From Podarcis melisellensis (taxonomy: Eukaryota), in assembly GCA_964234715.1 (NCBI GenBank), contig OZ174280.1: 64,000 bases of DNA; one strand, given 5' to 3'. Shown one piece after another: positions 50,301 to 63,224 of this stretch (within the stretch, counting starts at the first letter, position 1; every line of letters starts with the position of its first letter). The translations under genes and the position numbers were made by a program. The notes below the pieces were generated by a model. The model did no database searches, was not told where the DNA came from, and saw only the letters and a list, made by a program, of their open reading frames with translations.

Positions 50301-50575
50301 CCGCATGGGTGGTGGAAGGAGAGGAGGTTGTGGAGTAGTAGAAGGAAGGGGACAACACCGAGGTCTGCTGCTTTGTGGTCTAAAGATAATTTCTGAATGA
50401 AGTTACACCATGTTCTATTTTTATTTACTTATATATTTAAAGCACCAATGTGCTGCAGTAAAAATGCTTCAGGAAATCTGCCATATTGCTTATAAAGTAT
50501 GTGAAAGTAAACATGAAAGCAGAGTGACACAATCTCTTCCTCATACTTTAGAGGAAAGTCATACATCCCTTATAC

Positions 50576-50869
50576 CAAGCACGTCCAACAGGTAAGATCA
50601 TGATCTATCGGTAGATCACTGGACATCTGTGGTAGATCACCGGCTCCCCCCAAAGAAGCTCAACAACTTTGGCTCCCCTAAAAAAAGCTCAACATTCTTG
50701 TCCTGCATCCCAAAGAAAATGGGCTTTCCTCTTCCCTAAATAAAGCCCTACAACTTTGACCTGAACCCCTAAAAAATGGGCCTTCCTCCTTCCTAAAAAA
50801 AAAAAAGCTTAACAATTTTGACCTGAACCCCCAATTAGATCACAGTCTATTGGGAGTTGGCTGTCCCTG
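50576..50869. mobile_element. hAT-type MITE with internal tandem repeats
   Basis: TIRs CAAGCACGTCCAAC / GTTGGCTGTCCCTG. Perfect 8-bp TSD CCTTATAC (50568-50575, 50870-50877). Interior repeats AAAAAGCTCAACAACTTTG and GGTAGATCAC. Confidence 0.9.
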
Positions 50870-53609
50870 CCTTATACCATTTAGATGCACTATAAAGTAA
50901 GAGAACAAAAACTATGGCCATTCATGTATTCAGTCCTATAGATGTCTATAGAAACCCAGAAAGCCTAACAATGCAAAAAGCATGTGCTACTCAAATGCGC
51001 TGCTATTCCTTAATGCAATAATAATTCTTCACTTCAATTTACAGGTGGCATCGTCTTACCCCAGGACAAGTCTATGGATGGTAATGGAAAATAGCCAGTG
51101 AGAAAGGGATGCTTTGCCTAGTATAACCAACTGATACATAGAAATATTAGATGCAGCTTTTAAGAAAACAAAGAAAAAAGAATGAATCTACTGCAGAGGA
51201 GAGGGAGTGCTTACTAGTAAGTGCATGATGTTGTGCTAAGCTCTGACCTGGAGCAGGACATCAACTCCTCAGAGAACAAAGCAGATCTATCACCAAACAA
51301 ATAATAAAGAGAGCAAAAAGTGCCCCCCCCCTTTGCCAGCTCTGAAGATCCCTTTCCTGGTTTACCAACAGAGAATCTTCTCAAGGCCTCTCAGAGTAGG
51401 TGCCATTCGGAGCGTCATCAGATGATCCCCCAGTGGACTCAAAGGGAGAGAACAAATTGCAGGCACCTAAAACATCCAAGCCTTCCTGGACTCTACGCCC
51501 TGAATTCAGAGTCTTGATAATCTGATGTTAGTTGTTTTAAAAGCAGGTTTCTAGCCCTCATACAAATGGAGAAAATCTAAAATGTGCCTGTGGCAGATCA
51601 CCACCACTCTAGGTTGTATGTGACAACTGCCACTGCACAACATATTTCCAATTATTTCCAAGCTTAGTGCAGGACTTAATAGCTTGCTGAAAATGTGATA
51701 AAAAGTCAGTTTTGTGCTCTTCTGAATTGCAGTAAATAAGCTTCAAAGCTCTGCAAAATCACCTAAATGCCTTCTACAAAGAACACTTACTTTTTGCTCC
51801 TGTGTCCCCACAACAGACTTAATTACTTTTTTGAGTCATCTTGGTAGCATCCAAACAGCCAGAGGGGTGGCTGTGGTTCACATTTGCAAGTGACAGCATC
51901 AGGATGAAATATTCTAGCTTGGAAGTGCTGGGATTAATGCAGCACTCAATTTTCAGACCAACATGAGACAGATCTCCCCTTTTTCTGCCCTCAAATGTGT
52001 CACAGCATAGCCAAACTATACGATGCATGTCAGCCTCACACATCAGTGTGCATGAAGCAGAAACATGAGAAAAAGAAAATGGAAAGGCACTTCTACTGTC
52101 AATAGAAACTGATGAATTTTTGCTTCTGAAGGGTCGATTGGAGTTGCCTCTTTCTCTCAAAGTTCTACAGTGGAAAAAGTCACCTGAGCAAACAGTCAAA
52201 GACCTATTTAGCTTCTTGCCCTGGAATTCCTCAAGTGGCCATAGATCCAGGTGATGCCCAGAAATTCACTAATGCAACAAGAAAGTCACCACCTCAGTCT
52301 GCTCAGGTTCCCTCACACATAAATCGTCTAGTCTCAACTCCCCAGCTCACGAGCGCCACACTTCTAACTTTACAAGCATTCCTCACATCCCCCATCACTT
52401 TGTAAGCCCTCAATCTGAAAAGCCATTAATGGCAACAGCCTTAGTGCACAACATGAAGTCAGTGAAAGTTTTGCCTGCAAATGTCAACCTGTCACCTCTA
52501 AATATTAATGAGGGCTGACCAGCAGCAAAAATGCATCCATGCTCCGTTAGTAACAAGATAGATACATTATAGTAAGAAAGGAGGAGGAAAGAGCATAGCT
52601 GGAGCAGACAGAAGCCAAGTTTCAGGGCCACAGGTGCTGATCTGAGCAGTTTTGATGTACAAGCCTAGCTCCCCCTCCACAACACTATCTAGGAAGGTAA
52701 CCATTTCCAGTATAAACGCCACACATGAAAGTGTGATATACACCAAAACAGAAATACCTAATTCAAAGACCTATTGACATGAACTGGATATTGCTTCTTA
52801 ACTTGTACTTGCAGCATATTTGCTAACGACTGCTTTCCTCTATTTTAAGCATCGTCTTTGCATCTACTTTGTAAATGTGCCTGGAGTTCTAGTTAAAACA
52901 ACAAGCACAATACACAAAAATTAAAATAAGAGGTCAAGGAAATAAGTAGCCTGAGATATGGACTATCTGCAGCAGCAGTAGCCAACACAGTATGCACCAG
53001 ATATTGTTGGACTATAATTCCCTTCAACTTTAACCATTGGACATACCGGCTCGGAACATCACATAGGCTACCCCGGATCCCATTCAGAACAGACATTAAA
53101 GGTTCTTTGTACAACATGGTATTAACAGCAATTCAAATTCCTTTTGGCCAGGTTGGGGTGGGATGGGGTGAGTGTGTGCGAGTGGATTGAGCAAAGGCAC
53201 CTCTCCATCTAGCCCTGCTGATCTCCACCAGTACAGAGCTTCTGCTTCTGCCCTTGGGTTCCCTGCTGGTGGCAGCCAGCAAAAAGTCCTCCAGTTAGAT
53301 GTCCTGGGGGCCAACCCCACTGCCATTACATGACAGCTTTGCAATCTCCCTTCCACCTCTACCACCCATCCCAGTCGGCATGTTTTGCAGGGATGCAAAC
53401 CCAACAGTGTCCTCAGCACTCCTATAAAGCCTCACCAGGCAACAGCTAGGGTTAGTCTCTGAATGTTATTTTTTTTAAGTCTCTGAACTTTGAATTCTTT
53501 TCAGAGAACACATTTTGTACTTGGGAACCTCAGTTTCTATAATCATTCCACTAAAGTGGATTCAGCAAACTTTCAGATTTTCAGAGGATCAGAGTTTCAG
53601 GATTCAGGA

Positions 53610-53785
53610 AAAGCAAAAGGAAGAACTTCTTCACACAATGCATAGTTAAGCAACTGAATTTGCTACCACAAGATGTAGCAATGGTAACCATATTGGAAGG
53701 CTTGGAAGGGTTCAAACAAATTTGTGGAAGATAAAGCTCCCAAGGGCTCCTGGTTGCAATGTCTAGTAGGCCTCGGAATAAGCTT
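53610..53785 (+). mobile_element. Old CR1 3' fragment
   Basis: CAAAAGGAAGAACTTCTTCACACAATGCATAGTTAA...ACAAGATGTAG is homologous to 47060-47190. Confidence 0.65.
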
Positions 53786-54099
53786 TCCTTCACAAGCAGG
53801 ATGACTTGAATTTTACATTTTTTTAAAAAAGTTAAAGTTCATAGGAAATAGATAACAGGGATTTCCTCCTATGTGTGTTCTTTTCTTTTTATTTTACTAC
53901 AGTTTTAAAAATTGTTTTATCCTGTCTCTACTGCAGCTTTTTATTGGCTGCTTTTACTGACTTATCTTAATTCATTTTGTTGTTTTACTTTTATTGCTTA
54001 TTTTGTACACCACTGTGAATAAATTTTCATGCAGAAAAGCAGGACGTAAATAACATGAAATAAGACAAATCTTTCCTGTAATACAGGAGAACGCCAACT

Positions 54100-54278
54100 T
54101 ATGAACCTAGGAAGTTGCCTTACACAGAGTCAGACCATCTAGCTCAGTACTGTCTATGATGGCTGAGAACAACTGTCCTGGAAGAGGGTTTTCCCAGCAA
54201 TCTCTGGAAATACTGAGGGTTGAAACTGGGACCCTTTGCATGCAAAGCATGCGCTCCATCACGGAGCAACAGTCTTGC
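54100..54278 (-). mobile_element. tRNA-derived SINE with CR1-type 3' end
   Basis: Minus-strand tRNA-like head (+ GGTTGAAACTGGGACCCTTTGCATGCAAAGCATGCGCTC) joined to a 3' part AGGAAGTTGCCTTACACAGAGTCAGACCATCTAGCTCAGTA. Older relative at 54850-55041. Confidence 0.65.
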
Positions 54279-54700
54279 ACCCAGCTCTTGCATCTTACAC
54301 AGAATTATACATAAGCTGCACATAAAAGATTCAATAATTCTGTGCTATGGTAACTCAATCTGTGCTCCAAAAGTCTGCAATATTCTGCAAGACAGACATT
54401 CTACATTATGCATTTTCTTAATTTTGATCATTTAACTCTGCTCCTGCTGATCATGGAGAATGGATAACAGTTGTGCAGGGGACCACTGTCTTGTCACCTG
54501 ACCATCAGAAATTCTGCTTGACGCCATTTCCTGTATAAGAGAGTTCATTAAGCAGTCCCTACATGTTTTCAAGCCTATCTTCACAACTGTGAGGGCTAGA
54601 TTTGCTTTTTTAATTTTATTTTTAAGTGAGATAAGATCTTCAGTATACCAAGTGGTACATCAGGATACCAAGGTTAGCAGTCACATAATGGACAGAAAAG

Positions 54701-54806
54701 TCATAGAATTGTAGAGCTGGAAGGGACAATGAGGAACTAATTCTAATCCAACGCTGTACAATGCAAAAATCTTCTTGCCCAGCGTGGGACTCAAACCCAC
54801 AACCCT
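54701..54806 (-). mobile_element. tRNA-Lys-derived SINE fragment with CR1-type tail
   Basis: 54776-54806 reverse-complements to AGGGTTGTGGGTTTGAGTCCCACGCTGGGCA, close to the 3' half of vertebrate tRNA-Lys(CTT). Followed by CR1-like end TTCCAGCTCTACAATTCTATGA. Confidence 0.7.
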
Positions 54807-54849
54807 CTTGAACATATAAACATCATTAAGTTTAAACATACAAAACTGA

Positions 54850-55041
54850 GTTATGCAAGAGTCCGACACTTGATTCATCTACCTTAGTATTGTCTCCTAT
54901 AACTAGGAGTGGCTCTTCATGATCTCAGACAAAAATCTTTTCCATCACCTGGTTTCTGAGTGCTTTTAATCAGAGGTGTAAGGGATTATACCAGGGTCCT
55001 CTCGCATGCAAACATGTGTTCTATGAATTGTGGCCCCTCCC
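54850..55041 (-). mobile_element. Old tRNA-derived SINE related to 54100-54278
   Basis: Shared CATCTA.CT.AGTA.TGTCT and GGG.CC...GCATGCAAA segments. Confidence 0.55.
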
Positions 55042-56538
55042 CTCCTCTTTGCTGATATTTAAAAAAAGGATTCTCTATCTTGAAGTGTCCATTTTCAGTG
55101 GGGGTGGGGGGGGGGGCTATGCCAAAGCAAACGAGAGTTAATCAAAAACAGACATAGAAAAAAGTCAAACACAAACAGGCAGCTCCACGGATGATTAGGT
55201 TGCAAACACATTTTGAGAAAAACTGTTTGTCAAGGCCTGACTAAACCCAATACATGAAGCATCTCTCACTTCCTTCCCACCAAAGTTGTCAACTCCCTCT
55301 CCAGCTAACAAAGCATGCCGGAGAACCAGAACGTTGCCAGCCCATCACCCATGCCTTCCCAAAGTGAACATTAACTTCAATTTGAAAAAGCTGATAGGAG
55401 AAAACAGAAAAATCAAGCGGAACATGGGCACCCTCTCCACTGAAGAGTCAGGCACTCTTAAAAGAAGAGAATGACAGAGAAATGCAACAGAGCCAAGCAG
55501 AAAGCTGCACAATGCCAGCGAAGCAGCAGGTGACAGCAGAGCTTAAAATTTCTCCTGGGTTCTGGAATCTCACAGCAGGCAACCTCTGGCATTTGGGCCC
55601 AGACAATGTGAGACGAGCTGTGTTCTTGCTGTGACAAAACACCCCGCCCAGAAACAGTCACCATTAGCATGTGTTCTGCCAGTGAGAAACCTCCAGAGCC
55701 AAAGGACAAGTGCAGCAATTAGAATGCAGGGAGGGAGGGGGGCAGGAGCTGTTTAACTGCACGACCCCAGAGGTCAGTGCATCTGACTCCTAGCACTTCC
55801 ATAAATATTACATGAATGTGTGGGGGGGGGGATGTTTTAAGCTTCCCTGAACGAATTCTCCCTTTGACCCTTCCCCTCATTCTCACATTCTACATGCAGC
55901 TCAACATGTTAGCAACGTTATGTACACATGCAAAAGGCCAGATAATAATTTGTGTAAATGAAGGGAAGTGGATAAATTTGTTGACTGCAGGAGTGACCTA
56001 GAAAAAGCAGGGCTCTCCAATACCCATCCATGTTCCATATGCAACAGTTCTTCTATATAATGCATTTATCATCTGCTCAGAGTCAGTGCCTCACAATCAG
56101 ATCCATCAAAGCACAGGACACCGGGAAAGGGAAAACAGAACTTTCAGCAGTACATGGATCATGCAAGATATGAAGAGTCAACTTGCCATACGACTGTAAT
56201 TGCATTCCATCACCACTGAACCTCATCTACCATGGGTAGGGATGCCAAATGAACTGGTTTGCTCTGAATTTCAGAGTGAACTGACCTGATCTGCATCTCC
56301 AGGATTAATGCACAGAATAAAATGTGATTTTGTGGTGTTTGATTTGTTTGTGCACCTATACACACACAGATGTGAACCTATGGCCACCCGCACCCCCCTC
56401 AAGTCTTTCCTGGCATATTCCTACAACTTTTCTTTGCATAAAAAAGCTCTAGCATCTCCACAGCTCTTTTCGGAATATATATACACACATCCCAGCCCTG
56501 TTTTGCCTTTCTTAAAAAGAAAATTAAAGTCACTTGAA

Positions 56539-56673
56539 CAGTCTTCCCCAACCTGGTGCCCCCTGATGTTTTGGATTACAACTCCCTTCATTCCTCAACA
56601 CTGACCATGTTAGCAGCGGGTGATGGGAGTTATAGCCTAAAAGTGTATGGAGGGCACCAGTTGGGAAAGGCTG
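56539..56673. mobile_element. Short palindromic hAT-type MITE (about 135-bp family), copy 4
   Basis: TIRs CAGTCTTCCCCAACCTGGTGCCC / GGGCACCAGTTGGGAAAGGCTG. Degenerate flanking repeat CACTTGAA/CACTAGAG. Confidence 0.8.
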
Positions 56674-58555
56674 CACTAGAGAGAGAGAAGAAACAGAATC
56701 CTTCAGGAATTCACCTAGCATGAGGCTCTCACCAAACCATCCTGCTTCCATGTAATATAGTAATCACCAAGTGACTCAGTGATCCTAGTGTACCTCTAAG
56801 CCTGATAGCTATTTGACCATTTAGACATTTCCCACACTGGTGGTATGAAGGCAAGGTCTGCAAGTATCCTAGAACTGAGAAAGAGCCCCAGCCTTCATGC
56901 ATCTCCTATGATCGTGCTCTAATGCTCCTTGACATCCCTCTGAAGACGGTGAGCTATTTGTAGTCACCACCATGATTTGTTAGTAATTATTTTCATGGTG
57001 TCACATTGCTGTCACACTGCTAACAAAGAGACAGGCAGCCCGAGGCTGCTTGCAAGAGACACTCAGAAAATGTGGCGGGGGTGGGGGGGGTGGGATTGTC
57101 AGGCACCCAAAGACTCTCTTTGCTCAACAGAGCTTTCGAACCAGAGCCCTTACAATAGCCTAAAATCAATGGTTCCTCAGAAGCAGCAAGCCAGCACTAT
57201 CTTGCACTTTGGCCACAGAGGCTGAAATTAATTACTATCCTCCTCTGCACTATCCCTGAAACAAAGCCAACAAAGCCAGTGGGTTCGGGGTAGTTTTAGA
57301 TTTCCTTAAGCTATTAACGTGCTAGACATCTAAAGCAAAGACACATACAAAATGTGGGTGCAGATGACTTTAGCTATATCCTTTCAAGCTGCATTTCCCC
57401 CCCAAGAACTGCAAAACCACTGCGAAGTCTACAGTATCCCAGTATTGGCAAATATGCTAATTTATACACAGTGACAATGTGCTGTATTTCTTCAGTCTGG
57501 CTGCCTTAGCTGTTTAGCATTTCCCTGTGCTAAGGGACAGTTGCAGAGACAGACACACACACACACTGTCACAGCCTAATGGCTTGTGCCCGTTTCCTTG
57601 CCCTCGTGTCACTGACATCCCAAGATCTTCCTATATGCCAGCTCCATCTATCCATCTTGCACCTGTGACTGTGATACTTCAGACTGACTTGTCAGTCAAA
57701 GGTAATCATCCTTCCCCCACTATCTGCATTGCTTGCTTGGTCCCATGAGAAATGTCAGCAATTCTAAGACCTGGTATGTTGCACAATACAAATACAGTCA
57801 AATGAAAGTGAGCTGCCACACCAGCTGACCCTTCAGGCTGCCTTGATTCCAGCTGGATAGAATAAGGATGAACATGGCTCCTTGAGCAATCCTAAATGTT
57901 CACAGCATCCAATAGGTATGATCGTCCTTCTGCTCAATGTAACAGCTTGCACATCATACATCACGACAACAGAAGAAAAGTGCCAAAGAATTCTGAGGCC
58001 ATTAAAACTAATCGTAGAAGCTTAACCTGGAGAGTGTGTGTCACATCAAGACAAGTTGTGAAACTTACCATATGCTCCAAAAATTGATACGTTTCCCCCC
58101 CCCCCCTTTGAATGGCCCTAATCACTACTTAGAACGTTTAAACGGTCCATAAAATGTAACTGATGCAGCAGCTCATGGGGCTGCAAAATGATGTCACAAT
58201 TCAAGAGGATGGTTTGACCTCATCTGTACCTGCAGAATTAATGGAAGGAGGAGGTTGGTTCCAAGTTTGTACTGTTTCCATAAGCCATCAAAGTCCTAGC
58301 ACAACGATAGCTAAAGAACATGCAGATACATTCACACCTCAAAAGGCAGAAATGGTGAAACATTGTTCAGACAGCCTGATAATGTCGGCATCGATGCAGC
58401 ACAGAAAGGATAAATAATTTAACTTCAGCCATACCTAATACTCCTTTGCCCAGAATCCATTTTGCTTGTCGTCCCCGCCCCCATATGATAGTATATACTG
58501 CTTTTTCAGCTTCAAAGTACTGCCTCCAACAATATTGAAGGTTCTTGGTCAAACA

Positions 58556-58765
58556 CAGGGGTCAGAAACCTTTTTCAGCCGTGAGCCGGTCCACCGTCCC
58601 TCAGACCATGTGGTGGGCCGGACTATAATTTATTTTGGGGGGGGGGGGGAATGAACAAATTCCTATGCCCCACAAATAACCCAGAGATGCATTTTAAATA
58701 AAAGGACACATTCTACTCATGTAAAACCATGCTGATTCCCATGGGCCTTAGGTTGCCTACCCCTG
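58556..58765. mobile_element. hAT-type MITE
   Basis: TIRs CAGGGGTCAGAAAC / GTTGCCTACCCCTG. Perfect 8-bp TSD GTCAAACA (58548-58555, 58766-58773). Confidence 0.92.
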
Positions 58766-59499
58766 GTCAAACACTCAAAGTGGAGTCTACAGCCAAAACA
58801 GATCATCCTGTATCTTAACAGGTTTCATCTCTGCCTTTCACTAACAACTTAAACAGATAACTGCCATTTAAGTCGATTTTGTTACAACCTGGCCAGCCAA
58901 AGAACATAGAGCCCTAGAGTTTTCAGCATCACACAAAAAAACTCCAGGTCTCTAGAGCTAACAGAATGGAAAAGGAGCTCCAAGATTATCTACCTAACCC
59001 GACGCACTGAAAGAATTATCCAGATCATATCTGGGCAACTTAAGACCCATATGCCAAATACAAATTAAGGGCATCCTTTCTGTAGCTTGTCAAGTATTCA
59101 CTGCATCACATAGCATGCTAGCTACCACCTTACATTGTATTTTATTACACTTTAGCCCAGTATATTTTTCAGGAAATAGCTCTGTCCATTTGGCAGAATG
59201 CAGTGTCAGCAAACCCAAAGTGTAAGTTCTCTTCCCGATCATGGTCCAGAAAGCTTCAGCAGGTATACAATCCAACCTACGCTCAAAAAATCATCCAGCA
59301 GAACGCTATGCTAACTGATTGTGTCTCCCCATGCTTATTAAAATATCATCAAGCAAGGAAGTTGGTCAATAACCTCAAAAAAACCCTATATGAATATTTG
59401 GCAATATGCAAATATAAATATAATTGATGAATAATCAATTACAAAGCTGGTGAAAAAATCAATTTAAAATATCTAATCAGCTAACTTTCCTATTTCTTG

Positions 59500-59779
59500 A
59501 TTTTCTTAGGCCTCATGTGGAACATGCATCAACAGAATAATGTCCTGATTAAAGGAAGTAATAGTACCGCTCTATTCTGCCTTGGTCAGACTACACCTGG
59601 AGTACTGTGTCTAGTTCTGGGCACCACAATTTAAGAAGAATGTTGACAAGCTGGACAAGATGATCAAGGGTCTGGAAACCAAGTCTTTTGAGGGATGGTT
59701 GAGGGAGTTGGGTATATTTAGCCTGGGAAGGAAGAGACTGAAAGGAGATCTTACAGCCATCTTCAAATATCTAAAGGGT
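59500..59779 (+). mobile_element. CR1 LINE ORF2 C-terminal fragment
   Basis: Reads [32 protein letters not shown] (CR1 motif LYxxLVRPHLEYCVQFWxP). Internal deletion and stop. Confidence 0.92.
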
Positions 59780-59973
59780 TTATTGACTTATTTATTAAAT
59801 TTGTATACTGCCCATTCAATGATCTCAGGGTGATTCACAGCAAAAATGCAAGATAAAAACACAAAACACATAATAAAAATAAGAACAAAAACAAAACAAT
59901 AAACCCCCTCACCCTCACTCACTCCCCTTGCTGCTGGTGTAATACAAATGACTAATGCAGTATGTGTGGGTTA

Positions 59974-60336
59974 AAGGTAAAGGTAAAGGTACCCCTGCCC
60001 GTACGGGCCAGTCTTGCCAGACTCTGGGGTTGTGCGCCCATCTCACTCAAGAGGCCAGGGGCCAGCGCTGTCCGAAGACACTTCCGGGTCACGTGGCCAG
60101 CGTGACATCGCTGCTCTGGCGAGCCAGAGCTGCACACGGAAACGCCGTTTACCTTCCCGCTAGTAAGCGGTCCCTATTTATCTACTTGCACCCGAGGGTG
60201 CTTTCGAACTGCTAGGTTGGCAGGCGCTGGGACCGAACAACGGGAGCGCACCCCGCCGCGGGGATTCGAACCGCCGACCTTTCGATCGGCAAGCCCTAGG
60301 CGCTGAGGCTTTAACCCACAGCGCCACCCGCGTCCC
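59974..60336 (-). mobile_element. Sauria SINE (Squam1), full length, young
   Basis: Reverse complement of the 15415 copy, with intact CpGs and B box and an (AAAGGT)3 tail on +. Perfect 12-bp TSD ATGTGTGGGTTA (59962-59973, 60337-60348). Confidence 0.98.
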
Positions 60337-61829
60337 ATGTGTGGGTTAGTGGGCTGTTATTTCATTTATCACAGTTTTAAGGGAGAAAAGCATGCTCACA
60401 GTGACATAAAATAAATGCTTATGGACTAGTAGCTTTTACAGACTTTTGTATGGCTATGCTACCCTGTAGTACAATCACTGCCAGTCTCCGCATACTTTTT
60501 CTCAGTCTCAATGACAAGAAAATAGGACAATGCCACCACCCACCCCAATTATGAGTAATAAATTAATTTTTATTAAATAACTAATCACTCTCTCTCTAAT
60601 ATTCTACCCTAGATATCAGTTTCTCTTATGTTTCGCCCCCTTTCTTAGCGTTTTACTATCCCTTTTGATACTGTTGTCTGGCTTCATTCCCATGGTCTTA
60701 ATTTCCAAACCAATACCACTGTGCTCTCTCAACTTACACTGTGTCAAAGCTCATTATGCTTTCAGCTAACACACCACCAACCCCTTCAGATACAGGGATG
60801 AAGCTCTTACCCTTTGTGTATAGAAGATTAGACAAGCTGAAGTTTGCCGTCCATAGCAAGGTAATCCCTACGTGAACGGCTTAGTTACAAGCATCTCACC
60901 CAAAACCAATTCCTAGAAACCACAGGGAGAGGGAGAAAGGGGGGAGGAAGACACTTGCAGGATTCGACATACAACCCTCCATTCCCAAACAAAGCAAGAA
61001 AAAGAAAGCAGCAGAAAAGGTTAGCATGCAGAGCCATAAAATTAGAAAATACAGGACTGAGAAAGTGGTTGCTTGGATTACAAAACTAGTTTAAGTTTCC
61101 TTTTGTCTTGAAGAGTGAGAGATTTGGGGGTAAAATAATAGTCAGGGGTTTAGAAAAAGCTCATTGCCTGCAAAAGGTTCAATCTGGCCTCCTGTATTCA
61201 TTGATATCTTTATGTATCTGCTGGGAAAAGTCATCCAGGGGTTTGAGTTGAAGTATCACCAAAACGAAATGGCATTCATTTCTACCTGTCTACCCACGGG
61301 AGGTTGTGGAAGCCCTCCACCAAGACAAGAGGAGGTGCTGTGGATTGGAAAGTCACCATCTCCAGATTCAGCTGTACAAGTAGTCCTAGATGAGACTGTG
61401 GCCCCCAAGGAACAGCAACCACAAAAAAATCCAGAACAGATTTAACGGATGCATGGGGAGAGGAGGGAGGGAAATTTACGCTGTGCAAACAAATGTCCTT
61501 GCACTAATTGAACTACTGTGTTGGATACCACTAATGTTCTGTCGGTTTTAACTCCAATGGGGAAGTTATGGCCTAAATTTTGTAAAAATTTAATTCTGCA
61601 ATGTTGCATGTTGGTAATTGGTTGTGAGCCACTTTGTGAAGAAAAATTCTCCCAAAAAGTGGGGTATAATTTTTTTTAAATAAATAAAAGCAATAGCCAG
61701 ATGAAACAGAATTCAGTACATACACAGTACACACATAGGTCTTCTACTTGTTTATTCCAGAACATATTATGCTGACAGCAATTTTTATGGTGAAGCATGT
61801 GATGTAGCAGCATAGGTATTATATGTACT

Positions 61830-62150
61830 CGGAAAAACAAGCCAAGGATCAGCACTTAACCATGGTTTCCCATTCATGTATGAACAGAAACAATGTTTAA
61901 TGATTTCAAGACAAGCAACTTTGAACTATGGCTTAATATCCTGGCTTGTTTTGAAGCCACTAACCATACTTTCCAGATTCACACATATTGGGGAGCTATG
62001 ATTAAGTGAGGAATCTTGTTCTGTTGTTTGCGTGAAGGGAGGAGCTAAAGGGCAGAAAAGAGACTGTCTGCAGCAGTTGCGTACTGCTCATGCATATCTT
62101 AACTTTTAAAAAGAGAGAATATTTGGCTTAATAGTATGTGAAAAATGGTC
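61830..62150. mobile_element. Old non-autonomous DNA element, probably PIF/Harbinger-like
   Basis: AAACAAGCCA, TTAACCATGGTTT and TGGCTTGTTT motifs as in 46559-46860. Confidence 0.4.
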
Positions 62151-63224
62151 TATCTGCTAGGATTCTTAGAGGATTGTGAATTCTGCATTTGCATGGCTTG
62201 ACTGCAGAATACACATAATCCTGCCCTTAATTCGCCATTGCTACACCTGTCATGTAATCAGTTGTGAGATCTGACAAATTCTCTAGGCAGAAATTTTAAC
62301 TGCTTGGCATTATTCAAAGTAACTTATTTGTGTGACTGGTTAGGTTTGTGTTGTTATTTTTAAGATGTAAATTTCTTGATTCAGGAGCAAAATCGCTCAC
62401 TCAACGAATACAGGGCAATAAGCACAATAGCACTATTCCTAAAAAGTCACACATCCACCAGTATTAGCATCTCGGGAAGCAGTCTCTCACACTAGAAGAT
62501 ATTAGAACTGTGCATGAGTCGACAGTATTAATAGTGAGGTCCAGTGTAGCATGAGCAAATGCAACATGATATCTCCTTCTCCTCCAGTCTGTAACATGTT
62601 GCATACCTCCAAAATCTCCGGAACAGATTTTGGAGTCACAGGTGGAGACTGGAAGGTGAAGGAAAGAAAGCAGAATTCCTGCTGCACACATGGATTTCAG
62701 CAAGCAGATGGATCTTACTGGGTGCCACCATAATACTGGACTTCAGATAACTTAAACCTAGAACATGTTTGGTAACTTAAGACCTTGGATCTATGAAAGT
62801 CAAGTGGTTTATTCTCTGAGCTTGTAATAGAGAGCTTCTGTCTTTTCCATTGTTCTTGATATATTCTGAACGTGGCATCGCCAACTCTTCTTGTAAAACT
62901 TGGACAAGGGAAAATTAAAAACAGTAAAATCAAATTAAGCAATGGTATAATTCACTGCTAAGGATTCACTAATGTGCATCCCAAGAAATGCACCAAGAGC
63001 TATAAATGTTTCTAGTATGCTTTATCACCATATTAGAAAGCAAGCATTTGCTTTTTAACCACTTATCAAAATAAAAACTTCTGAGCAAGTAGTTTCCTGG
63101 AGAGAAATGAATTAGTCAAGCCTTTCCTGCCATGGAAATAATCAGATACGCATTTTCATGTCTTAGAAATTTAGCTTTTGCAGGTGGGACTTGTTCTGCT
63201 TCTCATTCTCAGCCCCAAACAGTA

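Noticed and set aside
50640-50840. Repeat-spacer-like array (AAAAAGCTCAACAACTTTG units)
   Set aside because: Degenerate internal tandem repeats of a hAT MITE bounded by TIRs and an 8-bp TSD, in eukaryotic DNA with no cas genes. Not CRISPR.
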